DNA of 64,000 nt from an uncultured Gammaproteobacteria bacterium (GTDB lineage: Bacteria > Patescibacteriota > Microgenomatia > Levybacterales > GWA1-39-11): the NCBI GenBank assembly GCA_964448725.1, contig CAYVAJ010000004.1:17535-81534 (forward strand), in the 5' to 3' direction. The notes beneath the pieces were generated by a model, which saw nothing but the letters and a program-made list of their open reading frames with translations, did no database searches and was not told the origin of the DNA. This document shows, in pieces, positions 21,801 to 27,967 of the stretch. The stretch's first letter is position 1. Every line of letters begins with the position of its first letter. Both the position numbers and the translations under genes were made by a program.

Positions 21801-22514
21801 TTATCTACCACTGATGTTGATCCTGCTAGTGGAGGAGTTGTAGAGTTAATAGATGAGGAAACAGATAAGGGTATATTGCTCCAGGTGCCTGCTGGGTTTA
21901 GCAGTCGGCCAGCACAATTCCAAATGAAAAAATTAGAACAATCTCCTGTATTATCAGAATTATCTGTACCATCAGGAAGGTCACTCGTTGGATCACACAT
22001 TTATAACTTAGCTGCACTAACAAATATTTCATCAAAATCAGCAACTTTTGAAGAACCGATCTTAGTTACGATAAATTATTTGCCATCTGAAGTATCTAAT
22101 CTTGCAACATTGGCTATGTATCGTAATAATGGACAGCAATGGACACAGTTAGAAAACTGTACACATAACCAAACAGAAGCTTCAATTTCCTGTAATACTA
22201 CTGCATTCTCGGTATTTGCTCTATTCTCTGAAACACCTGCTAGTGAGACAAATCAACCGCCTAAAAACCAAAACTCAAATTCATCTGGAGGAAATTCTTC
22301 AACTGGGGGATCAGGAGGTTCTTCAGGAGACTCTTCAGGTGGTTCATCAAGTACTGCAAACGGACCAGATTTGAATAAAGATGGAAAAATAAATATTTTC
22401 GACCTTAGTATATTGTTAAGCCAATGGAATAGATCAGGGAGCGGTGACTTGAATAATGATGGAAAAGTGAACATCTTTGATCTCTCACAGCTTCTTGTAA
22501 AATGGACTCGGTAG
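12894..22514 (+). CDS. Giant (3206 aa) secreted or surface multidomain carbohydrate-binding/active protein with a C-terminal dockerin
   Basis: Single uninterrupted frame. Features read from the translation: N-terminal TM helix; parallel beta-helix-like region (NNHIHHNDG...); three CBM6/CBM35-like repeats; four Cna-B/SdrD-like modules (Y.LSG.VYVD.N.NG..DTDE); a GH-A (TIM-barrel glycosidase)-like segment; a CARDB-like module; an FN3-like module; Pro/Thr linkers; a C-terminal double dockerin repeat. Confidence 0.8.
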   Translation: MHSRKKKFKDYWEFAELQDKKVRIAIAISALGLLLFIAFALTFPFYDNLFTRLFPKSPSLADVTAPTVVQSNTATVSSGSDVSISWGSPTSNGNFLIAVLAAQSGDEALSISQAPQGWTLVSDTINEEVRQWVYAYANAPEQSGEVKFTLSSGVKSSLVVAEYKDVAKENAIETQNSLVGNNDSPTGSVDPNTDYNLVIAAVSSVVTSSESASFNNATNDFSLVGQTSTTGDAVNIATALFSSFVANQEPVNNSVTIGSGTQWIHTMVAIKPVVPIPTYTPIPSKEPEPTPETEPEFLLQGLDPENTQQSGLRSLALESTQISGTTYYVDCQNGNDSNNGRSEGAAWKSLNKINNATLNPGDGILLKRDCSWTGTLDAAWNGTAQEPITIGAYGEGVLPTIKYDGSKGGGPAVKVSGSYVVIDSLKATLTNPNRSSDCTLADGQKQHFGYYQGFNLSGHHLTLQNSEATGNSLGVFTTDSSHHNKILNNHIHHNDGLWRIGPIPPGSMGGMGMNLHGDDHEVAHNFFEKNDANCDPPDHTHRGYSAAIELYNASRAHVHHNKMVGHRKHFEMGKNSDEISDDNIFAYNLIVSNLANAKGPNIHGAGNKFGPVKRTTVVNNTIYLVGSGNTQALNCGCTDGATIRNNIFWAEEKVAFFNGTYTESNNIYWDSDGNPNAQNLSLHATSKKTNPQFVKAAVNDGDFRLKAGSPAIDAGISVGYDLDVEGVSVPQGSKVDIGAIEYTGQVVTTPTPTASTVTPTPGVQEPFSGSRISLPGTIQAEDFDNGGATVAYVDNDTGNNGNIYRQTDVDIEATTDTGGGYNLGWTRPGEWVEYSVNVSYSGSYTIGTRVASNGGGGVFHIEVDGTDVTGPMTVPNTGGNQIWQTVEKTGVQLTAGQHIVRLSFDNNGATQGVGNFNYMTFTFDPGPQTPYTGTPISLPGIIQAEDFDNGGVMAAYFDQDAGNKGNVYRETDVDIEATTDTGGGYNLAWMWPNEWVEYTVNVTETSTYTVGARVASNGGGGVFHIEVDGQDVTGSMTVPSTGGNQVWQTVEKTGIQLSAGQHIIRLSMDSSGAQQGIANFNYLEFTQDTSTSPVPSTSQEYTLSGSVYVDVNRNGVKDTDELGHNGAEVTVSGGLSASTNASGLYTLTVPAAVYTVTITIPDGYEGTTTNPLSISVSANTSANFGIAPTATGGRTNSVFTVNAAKTGTELNGQPFQVVGIRVSNALINDAKTQQLIDNLDVFRTYGINTVSVFFQGSRFGDIKGYREDTTLNPTYAARMARIIEEADKRKMVVLVGVLYYGDATFAKWDSWGQTEANSAVANTVQWLKDNNYRNVFIDVDNEQMSPFDSQKLIAAGKAVDASYVIGSGGKITPSNADLSLHQGGKNITGKPYIESEGTPQGYWGAYSRQSGDTQYRNIGIYTSDLKSAWLSETSSLLNQGKGYMGASTWLQADLPEGPNHIPGGNGTSADPGIKFWLEHVKSLVGPYEPSGIGEETTPTPTPSAITPTPTQPPTGGTGAFLENNGQLVIEVEDYNDIFPSTFNNYTQTHNWEKKTNIPDYSGSGFMHNIPDERGEDGVGPNSPRGKGGPEMRYPIKISTPGTYNVWVRGYTTGGESNGVHIGVDGVMTGTEAGASNMSGFRPKESWIWESARKEGYTLPATLNLTAGYHTLNVWGRDDGFRMDKIVLRIGSGVPSGTGPAQSAREAIPTPIITPTPTPVVTTTPTPTPSVQAPFTGTPISLPGTIQVEDFDNGGANVAYFDTSAGNNGGVYRDTDVDLQATTDTGGGYGLEFTRSGEWLEYTVDVAEGGTYDIGVRVASKVVGGAFHIEIDGQDVTGPMYVPNTGDWQTWTTIEKTGIQLTAGEHVVRLSLDSSGEQAAIGNINYITFTKVVTIPTYTLSGTVYVDANNNGIQDTDEADYANAIIELYEGPEATDIPYHTAETNTAGAYTFNTLNQGVYTVSLLIPDGYSVTTAIRQVVSLTADTIVNFGIASTQTPTITPTPVSPSNLLKNGGLESSTTVWGLYGGASIMQGTSHGGSKAIRVGNASGGGESGAEQAVAAQPGKTYSLTAWGMMSNSAQSDKGAVGIKFKNSAGDVLGNETSIFIPETDWTQKQVSAIAPANTASVVTYVYKEVGDNTFLYIDDFTLTESGEVTTPTPTLTNTPTPTVAQNTPTPTPVQLSDLVVSDITWSPSNATVGQNVTFGATLRNIGSAATPDATAHGVAFYVNGVKVSWSINHNASIAPGDSVTVTANGGPEGSRFWTATAGTHEIEAVVDEPGRITESNEENNTASNQFTIVAAPTVTPTPTSVPTYTVDGTVYVDTNKNGVQDTDEAGYADAVVMISTNPETAGISDENGRFILTGINQGVYTVTLSAPNGYTITTSNPIEAVVTANTTINFGIGLIPTPTPTAPVITPTLTTTPTPTATATPIPTVTPLPTGTQSVTYSVPWTSEDVQETNTSFTVNDTTLRIGGCGQTACYTGLRFTNINLPKGSIINSAYVEYNAAQSNSLANVAVEIAGHDSDNSSLFSSSNKPSQRTLTAAKVTPQTDTVVAANQWYRLGNISSIVQEVIDRDNWQTGNSISLIIRATSPTEQDTGILAHSYDGNSERAPRLVIIYSSPIGGEEPTNTPVPITEPTEAPIPTYILSGTVYVDTNKNGVKDIEESGQSNITVSLSNGASVSTDAQGRYQFTDLIQELYTVTATVPNGYTLTTQSSIPVSLIADTSVHFGMVQVPIATVTATSAPTPTPIPCSLVSAKWQTTNNQIDEGEIVGLEVITSGNCVGEELEFEVREDDGIMGSDATNIIPATVPIIGNNAQTSWIVEWQQDCMGFALCQTPEYYYIVRIVGTTTEIRSTNPTLKVQRTNKARFVTIPHVDVTQDTVKITWKTSHDMSSQISYGLSAESLVSTDEINTNIRAADHAITIDNLLPCTAYRYQVRSREITGDMVESPFAQFITKGCEGNSSVLALSTTDVDPASGGVVELIDEETDKGILLQVPAGFSSRPAQFQMKKLEQSPVLSELSVPSGRSLVGSHIYNLAALTNISSKSATFEEPILVTINYLPSEVSNLATLAMYRNNGQQWTQLENCTHNQTEASISCNTTAFSVFALFSETPASETNQPPKNQNSNSSGGNSSTGGSGGSSGDSSGGSSSTANGPDLNKDGKINIFDLSILLSQWNRSGSGDLNNDGKVNIFDLSQLLVKWTR
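15207..15662 (+). repeat. CBM6/CBM35-like module, copy 1 (within the giant ORF)
   Basis: ISLPGTIQAEDFDNGG...GGGYNLGWTRPGEWVEYSVNV...GGGGVFHIEVDG...NFNYMTFTF. The copies are about 60-70% identical. Confidence 0.5.
15699..16152 (+). repeat. CBM6/CBM35-like module, copy 2
   Basis: ISLPGIIQAEDFDNGG...GGGYNLAWMWPNEWVEYTVNV...GGGGVFHIEVDG...NFNYLEFT. Confidence 0.5.
18108..18563 (+). repeat. CBM6/CBM35-like module, copy 3
   Basis: ISLPGTIQVEDFDNGG...GGGYGLEFTRSGEWLEYTVDV...GGAFHIEIDG...NINYITFTK. Confidence 0.5.
22368..22511 (+). other. Dockerin-like module (two Ca-binding repeats) at the C-terminus of the giant protein
   Basis: DLNKDGKINIFDLSILLSQW...DLNNDGKVNIFDLSQLLVKW matches the dockerin type-I duplicated D.N.DG.VN..D pattern. 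Confidence 0.6.
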
Positions 22515-22673
22515 ATACGATACTCCGCCAGTATTACTAAGTTTATTCTTAATTTAAGACCCAATTTTATTTATCTTGATGTGATTATATATATGAGGTA
22601 TTGGTAAGTACAGCCTAAAGATGTCAGAGTAACGAATAGTGTATGGTATTCAATAATGAGGGGTAAAACAAAA

Positions 22674-22698
22674 ATATACCCTCTTTAAGAGGGTATAT
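22674..22698. terminator. Bidirectional hairpin terminator between convergent genes
   Basis: Perfect palindrome ATATACCCTCTT-TA-AGAGGGTATAT flanked by A/T runs. It lies between the giant ORF's stop (22514) and the minus-strand ORF's stop (22720). Confidence 0.5.
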
Positions 22699-22719
22699 TT
22701 ACTATGTTGAAGTTAAATA

Positions 22720-23169
22720 TTATTCTACAATTACTGTTCCTTTTCTCTCCGGGTGGAAATAATCATGGTATGTATATTCTCCTGGTTGTGAAAAAATGTG
22801 CATTACCGTAGATCCTTTAGGAATTTCTCCTAAATTTAACTCAGGATATTTTTGGTTAGTAGGATGATCATCTGAATTTACGGAAACTTTTTCATCAGTT
22901 GAATTATTTGCCCACCGAACTGCCCCACCTCGTTTAATAGTGACTGTTTCAGGGATAAAACCATCGTTTGTAAGTTCAACTGATACTTCTTGAGGAAGAT
23001 TAGCAGTTGGTTGTGTATCTATTTGATTCCTAATAAAGGCAAAAATACCTACTGCAAGCAAAATAATAACTACTACAATAACAACAATAAATCGCTTGCT
23101 CTTATTTGATGTTGGTTGATTTAGTGTTTGTGAAACCTCTTGTTCTGGCATAAAATCACCCCCTCTCAA
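22720..23169 (-). CDS. Membrane-anchored small protein with a cupredoxin-like C-terminal domain (tentative)
   Basis: 149 aa. N-terminal TM helix (FIVVIVVVIILLAVGIFAFI). The C-terminal region GGAVRW...STVMHIFSQPGEYTYHDYFHP resembles plastocyanin/cupredoxin-fold proteins, but no Cys ligand is present. Confidence 0.3.
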   Translation of the reverse strand: MRGGDFMPEQEVSQTLNQPTSNKSKRFIVVIVVVIILLAVGIFAFIRNQIDTQPTANLPQEVSVELTNDGFIPETVTIKRGGAVRWANNSTDEKVSVNSDDHPTNQKYPELNLGEIPKGSTVMHIFSQPGEYTYHDYFHPERKGTVIVE

Positions 23170-24363
23170 CTAGTATTGTGGAAAGTTGTTTCGATATTTA
23201 CGGATAATTATAATGAGAGCTATCAGAGCTAATACTGTTGGAATTGCAATAAGTGCTGCTGTAAGAAGAGTAGAATTTTTGTCTGGATCTATTGCGGCAC
23301 CTGCGACTTTAATCTCAAACTCCTGTGGTTGAGCAGGAGAATTTCCATCTTCTGGGATATTTTCGAGTACATCAATAGATGAAGAATATGTAGCATCTCC
23401 ATCTTTCACTACTACTACATGCTCTCCAGGAGGAAGATTTCCAACTGTTGCAATACCATTGGCATCTGTCTGTACTGTTACCGGACCATTAGGGCTTGAG
23501 ACTGTTACCTGCGCTGAGGCAAGTGGTGCATTATGTTCATTACGAACATTGATGATTGCCGAGAATCCTAATGTACTAAATGTAAAATCAGAACTTGTTG
23601 ATTCCTGGCCTGTCTCCGATCCTTTCCCTATTACTCGCAGATGATAGGTGGTTCCTGGTATTAAAAGCGCAGAGGAGAGTGTTGCAGTGTGGGTCTGTGT
23701 AAGCGTTTCAGTACTCTCAGTTACTCCATATTTATTCGTAAGCCCGTACTCAATAATGGAATAAGAAGGACGGTCTGTAGTCCATGATACAAGTGCTGAA
23801 GAATATCCGATATCACTTATTTCTACACCATTAATAGTAGGTGGCATTTCAGATGCTTTGGGAGTAGGTGTTGAGGCTGGTTTATTAGAAAAAGTAATTG
23901 TACTTGCCGATCCTCCACCATATATATTTGCCTGATCACTTGCCCGTACTAATGCAGTACCTCCGCTTACAGACACTGTTCCGCTTCCAGAATTAGCTTT
24001 ACTTCTAAAGGTGACCGTTGCGATAAGCCGATCACCTGACACTGGATTGATGTTTCCACGACTGATTGAGATAGAGCCTCCTCCGCCACTAGAAGGGGCT
24101 TCAATGGCAAAAGCACTGCCTCCTCCGCTAATACCTATAAAATCAAGCTTATCTGCTGGATAGGTAAGATTTACAGTAACTCCATTTACCGCATCTCCTC
24201 CAGTGTTTGTTCTCACTGAAAGAGAAAAACGCTCTCCAACACCAACTGTTCTACTCGCAGGAGAGACATATACAGAACCGGCAGCTTGCACAGGAGTAGT
24301 AAAAGGGGCTATTAATAGAAAGTATACAGAAAATAGAAGAAAAAAACGAATAAGTTTTTTCAT
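23170..24363 (-). CDS. Signal-peptide surface protein with a cohesin-like domain, an FN3-like domain, a Cna-B-like domain and a C-terminal TM anchor
   Basis: 397 aa. Signal peptide MKKLIRFFLLFSVYFLLIAPFTTPVQA. Cohesin-like beta-sandwich pattern VYVSPASRTVGVGERFSLSVRTNTGGDAVNGVTVNLTYPADKLDFIGI...LIATVTFRSK. FN3-like region (VEISDIGYSSALVSWTT...YHLRV). C-terminal hydrophobic anchor followed by RKYRNN. Confidence 0.5.
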   Translation of the reverse strand: MKKLIRFFLLFSVYFLLIAPFTTPVQAAGSVYVSPASRTVGVGERFSLSVRTNTGGDAVNGVTVNLTYPADKLDFIGISGGGSAFAIEAPSSGGGGSISISRGNINPVSGDRLIATVTFRSKANSGSGTVSVSGGTALVRASDQANIYGGGSASTITFSNKPASTPTPKASEMPPTINGVEISDIGYSSALVSWTTDRPSYSIIEYGLTNKYGVTESTETLTQTHTATLSSALLIPGTTYHLRVIGKGSETGQESTSSDFTFSTLGFSAIINVRNEHNAPLASAQVTVSSPNGPVTVQTDANGIATVGNLPPGEHVVVVKDGDATYSSSIDVLENIPEDGNSPAQPQEFEIKVAGAAIDPDKNSTLLTAALIAIPTVLALIALIIIIRKYRNNFPQY

Positions 24364-24387
24364 TTAATTTTAAGTTAGTAATTACAT

Positions 24388-26046
24388 TTAAGATAGTTTT
24401 TTTTCATTTGTCAATAAGCGATATGTGGGTGTGTTCTTGTGGACTAGTAATTCAAGCGTAATGTATTTGCTGCTGTCGTCATAATTCACCTGAACAGGTA
24501 TCTGGAGATAGTGTGAAATCATTTTTGCAATATGACCTTCAAGTCCTGATCCTAATTGCATTGTCTGCACGGAGATATTTTCGTAATTTTTGGAAAAAAG
24601 AGCATCTTTGTCTTGTTCAGAAAATGAAGATGCACGTGCAGATATTTTAATGCTTACTGTCTCTTCAAAATCCTGTTCAACTGCTACTATAACGTTTTTT
24701 TGGCTATCAGATGCGGAGAGAAGGACGGCCATCTCAACTAATTTTTGAACGAGTAGACCAGTATGAGTGACATCACAGTTAGCAGAAAAGAATGGTCCAG
24801 TTGCCATATCAGGTGAAAATTTAAATATTTTTGTCATAAAAGGTGGTAAATTTTGATCTGAGAAATTGGTAAGAGTAAATGTGAGCGTGACATGAAAAAG
24901 TGCCGCAAATTCCTGCTCAGCATTGACTGTGTCACGGCAAAGCTGTGCGATATCAACAACTGATTTTTTTTCTACCAATCCATGTGCGGTAAGAGATTTT
25001 AATTTTTCAATATCACGTTGATGTTTGTTTATGAGAAGGAATTGACCTGCAAGCTCAGTCAGTCCTTTGTTATATAACTGAGTTTTTAGATTTTCACTTA
25101 ATGCCTCAAGCTTGAGTGAAGATTCATCGTATTCAGGAATAGTATTATTCTGTGTCTGGTGTACTGTCTGATCTCGTATGATAAATGTAATGCTTTGCTC
25201 AAATTCTTCAATTATGCTAATTGGTTTTATTGTCATACAGACCTTTTTACGGGGGGCAGAAGTTGATATAAGAAGTAGATCACAGATATCAGTTGGCTTG
25301 TGATTTTTAACAAGAGTAGTGAGCTCAAGGTGACTTGAATCAATAAGCTTTCCATTTTCATCTTTTAAAAATAGTACATCAAAAAGTTTTTTACGTTGCA
25401 TTTCAGAGAAGCTCTTATTCAGGACACGCTGAGCTGTTTCATTCGCTGAAAGAATATGTGTCTCTATATCAGTAACAAATACGAGTTCATTTACATCTTT
25501 TAAAATTGATTCCTCTACTTTTACCTGATATTTCAGAAGATCAAACACGCGATCTTTAATGTGATATTGATGGGCAAGAATCTGCGCAATCGGCAGAAAT
25601 GCAACAAATGAAATTCCATACACAATAAGCGTTGTTGGCTGTTCCAATACTAACTGTAGACTCTCAGGGTTAAGAAGTGTGTAAGTAGTGAGATTTATGA
25701 GTGAAAATATCAAAAAAAGAATAGAATTAGAAATACTGAAAATAAAGCTAATCCCCAAAAATGCTAAATGAAAAAATATAAAGAAAGGACTTTCTAATGC
25801 TCCGGTATACAATATCAGAAGCTGAATAAGTAAATTAATAATAAAAAGAAACGTCCATCTTCCCCAATTACCAATTCTTTTTTTAATGGATGAAATCCAA
25901 AACCCGTTAATGGAGAGTACAATGAGGAAACCTAAAAGTATAATTATCCGGAAAACAATTTCAGGCGATATATGCAGAAAGTTATAAACAAAAAGAATAA
26001 AAGAGGTAGAAGAGTAGATACATGATGCAATCGCAAAGTTGCGCAT
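24388..26046 (-). CDS. Membrane sensor histidine kinase-like protein (6 TM + PAS-like + degenerate HisKA/HATPase)
   Basis: 552 aa. About 180 aa of TM helices. PAS-like segment VFVTDIETHILSANETAQRVL. C-terminal GSGLEGHIAKMI (G2-box-like) and F..F D-box-like motifs. The motifs are degenerate. Confidence 0.4.
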   Translation of the reverse strand: MRNFAIASCIYSSTSFILFVYNFLHISPEIVFRIIILLGFLIVLSINGFWISSIKKRIGNWGRWTFLFIINLLIQLLILYTGALESPFFIFFHLAFLGISFIFSISNSILFLIFSLINLTTYTLLNPESLQLVLEQPTTLIVYGISFVAFLPIAQILAHQYHIKDRVFDLLKYQVKVEESILKDVNELVFVTDIETHILSANETAQRVLNKSFSEMQRKKLFDVLFLKDENGKLIDSSHLELTTLVKNHKPTDICDLLLISTSAPRKKVCMTIKPISIIEEFEQSITFIIRDQTVHQTQNNTIPEYDESSLKLEALSENLKTQLYNKGLTELAGQFLLINKHQRDIEKLKSLTAHGLVEKKSVVDIAQLCRDTVNAEQEFAALFHVTLTFTLTNFSDQNLPPFMTKIFKFSPDMATGPFFSANCDVTHTGLLVQKLVEMAVLLSASDSQKNVIVAVEQDFEETVSIKISARASSFSEQDKDALFSKNYENISVQTMQLGSGLEGHIAKMISHYLQIPVQVNYDDSSKYITLELLVHKNTPTYRLLTNEKKLS

Positions 26047-26124
26047 ATATACCCATTATAGGGAGCAATTGTGTAAAAAGTCTATATCGACAATTTATAG
26101 TAGGTTCCTATTTGTGAGAGTTAT

Positions 26125-27909
26125 TTATGCTGCTCTTGGAGAAAGGAGATCTTGAAATTTGACGATTCCGTCTTCAGGCGATCGCTTCAAATACATATTC
26201 CATGGACTTTCTGGATCTAGCGCTGACTCAAATGTCATTTTTCCTCCATCAATAAAGTACTGCAGCATATTTATTAATGCATCCTGGCCAGTTTCGACAT
26301 ATTTCTTGTGTAGATCTTTAGCTTCAGAAAATGAAAGCTTCTTACCTGAATAGTCGTGTAAGTTTGATGAAGCAAGTGCTCGTCCAACTCGTGCTTTGAA
26401 CTTTAATGAAAAATCTTTTACATGCCGGCCTCCAATAACTGCTTCTCCATCTTTAAGATCACGATCAAGAAGAGGTGCAGCATGATTAAAAAATTCAAGC
26501 ATCTTCATATACCCTTCGAAATATACAGCATCTTTTACAAAAGTTTCTGCAACAGGAATTTGGATTACATGGTTTTTTGTTGCAACTTCAATGGGGGTTA
26601 CTTGATGTTGCATTGAAGTGCCCCGAGTTATTCTCCACACCGTTTGTGCCGCATCGCTGTGTGAAATGTTATAGTCACGCAAGGTTGTATAAATATCCTG
26701 TAAGGAATACTTTGGTACTATCTGGTTATTCTCTTGCTTTGTTTTCAAGCTCATTGCAACTGAAAGGTATCTTGCAGCAAAAAGTGCCTGACGTCTATGC
26801 CCATATGGTTGTCCAAGTATCATCTCTGCCATAGATGCAAGACCTTCTTCTGTAGGTAAATATCCTTCCATACCTGTTCCAAGTAACGGACAATCCTGTT
26901 TAAATCCATTAGCTCCTCGGGTTACATGCACAAATTCATGCCCAGGTATATATATCATTTCTCTCCCGACAAGTTCACGATCTTCAGGAAACTTTATTTT
27001 TTTGCCATTAGCGTTGACACTGACCGCTTTTGTCCCTTTTTCAATTTCTACATTCCAATCATCAAGCTCAAGTCTTTTGAGCAGTACTTCAAATTTGCGT
27101 TTTCCTTGATGTGGCGTTAATTTATTCTCTTGAGGTGGTTCATCTCCTTGAATATATGAGCGTTCTTCAACAGTATAATTCCAAAAATCAAAAGCTTGAT
27201 CCGTAGTCATTTTTTCATCATCTGATTGTGCTTCCCGATTTCGTTCAAGTGTTTCACGAGCATGGTCTTCAAATCGTAATGTAAGCTCATTACGCGTGCC
27301 TGATTCTTCTATATCAATGAGCGTAGCCCATTCTTCAGGTGTCCTTTGATATTGAGTAAACTCAGAGTTGCCAATAAATTGTGCATATTCAGAAAAGTTG
27401 ATCTGGTTTTCTATTGCAGAAAGGTATGCATTTTGAAATGGAGTAGGAACGTTGATAAATTTATGTGGAAGTTGTGCTTTTAACAACGAAAGGTTTCTTC
27501 TATACGATTCTAATTGCTGTGGTTGATGGTTTTCCCAAGTTTTGAGTGTGCTGTCCTGGGGTTTTACAGGAGAGGTGGTTATATAGATGTCGTCTACGCC
27601 TGATGCGCTAATGGTCTTTAAAAAGTCATCACCTGATGGTTCAGTTGCGTTATCATAATGCGTTTGGAGAGCTTGCTCAAAACCATTGATAACGGGACTG
27701 TGGGCTTTGGTTACTGATACTTCTCCGTAGTTATTCCGTGGATAACAGGCTCTGTACTCGTCTTCAAGAGCACGTGTCATTTCTTTTTCTTTAGGAGCAA
27801 GGTCTTGAGTATCTTGTGGTGATACTAACTCTGTGTATTGCTCAAATCTTTGTGCTTCAGTAGCCATTGGTAATAAAATTATCATAATCAATACCATAAA
27901 TAGTGTCAA
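26125..27909 (-). CDS. DUF1704/MATCAP-like putative zinc metallopeptidase (HExxH plus QEGLA-like motif)
   Basis: 594 aa with an N-terminal hydrophobic segment. HEFVHVTRG followed by LPTEEGLASMAE resembles the HExxH...QEGLA signature of the DUF1704 / tyrosine carboxypeptidase family. Confidence 0.35.
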   Translation of the reverse strand: MTLFMVLIMIILLPMATEAQRFEQYTELVSPQDTQDLAPKEKEMTRALEDEYRACYPRNNYGEVSVTKAHSPVINGFEQALQTHYDNATEPSGDDFLKTISASGVDDIYITTSPVKPQDSTLKTWENHQPQQLESYRRNLSLLKAQLPHKFINVPTPFQNAYLSAIENQINFSEYAQFIGNSEFTQYQRTPEEWATLIDIEESGTRNELTLRFEDHARETLERNREAQSDDEKMTTDQAFDFWNYTVEERSYIQGDEPPQENKLTPHQGKRKFEVLLKRLELDDWNVEIEKGTKAVSVNANGKKIKFPEDRELVGREMIYIPGHEFVHVTRGANGFKQDCPLLGTGMEGYLPTEEGLASMAEMILGQPYGHRRQALFAARYLSVAMSLKTKQENNQIVPKYSLQDIYTTLRDYNISHSDAAQTVWRITRGTSMQHQVTPIEVATKNHVIQIPVAETFVKDAVYFEGYMKMLEFFNHAAPLLDRDLKDGEAVIGGRHVKDFSLKFKARVGRALASSNLHDYSGKKLSFSEAKDLHKKYVETGQDALINMLQYFIDGGKMTFESALDPESPWNMYLKRSPEDGIVKFQDLLSPRAA

Positions 27910-27967
27910 TAAATTGGGAAAATAAATTTCTTATTGACTGAGCAATTTTGATTTGCTATAGTGAATC

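Noticed and set aside
22253-22564. 103-aa minus-strand ORF overlapping the C-terminus of the giant gene
   Set aside because: It is the antisense reading of the Pro/Glu-rich and dockerin-coding region. It has low complexity and no independent signals.
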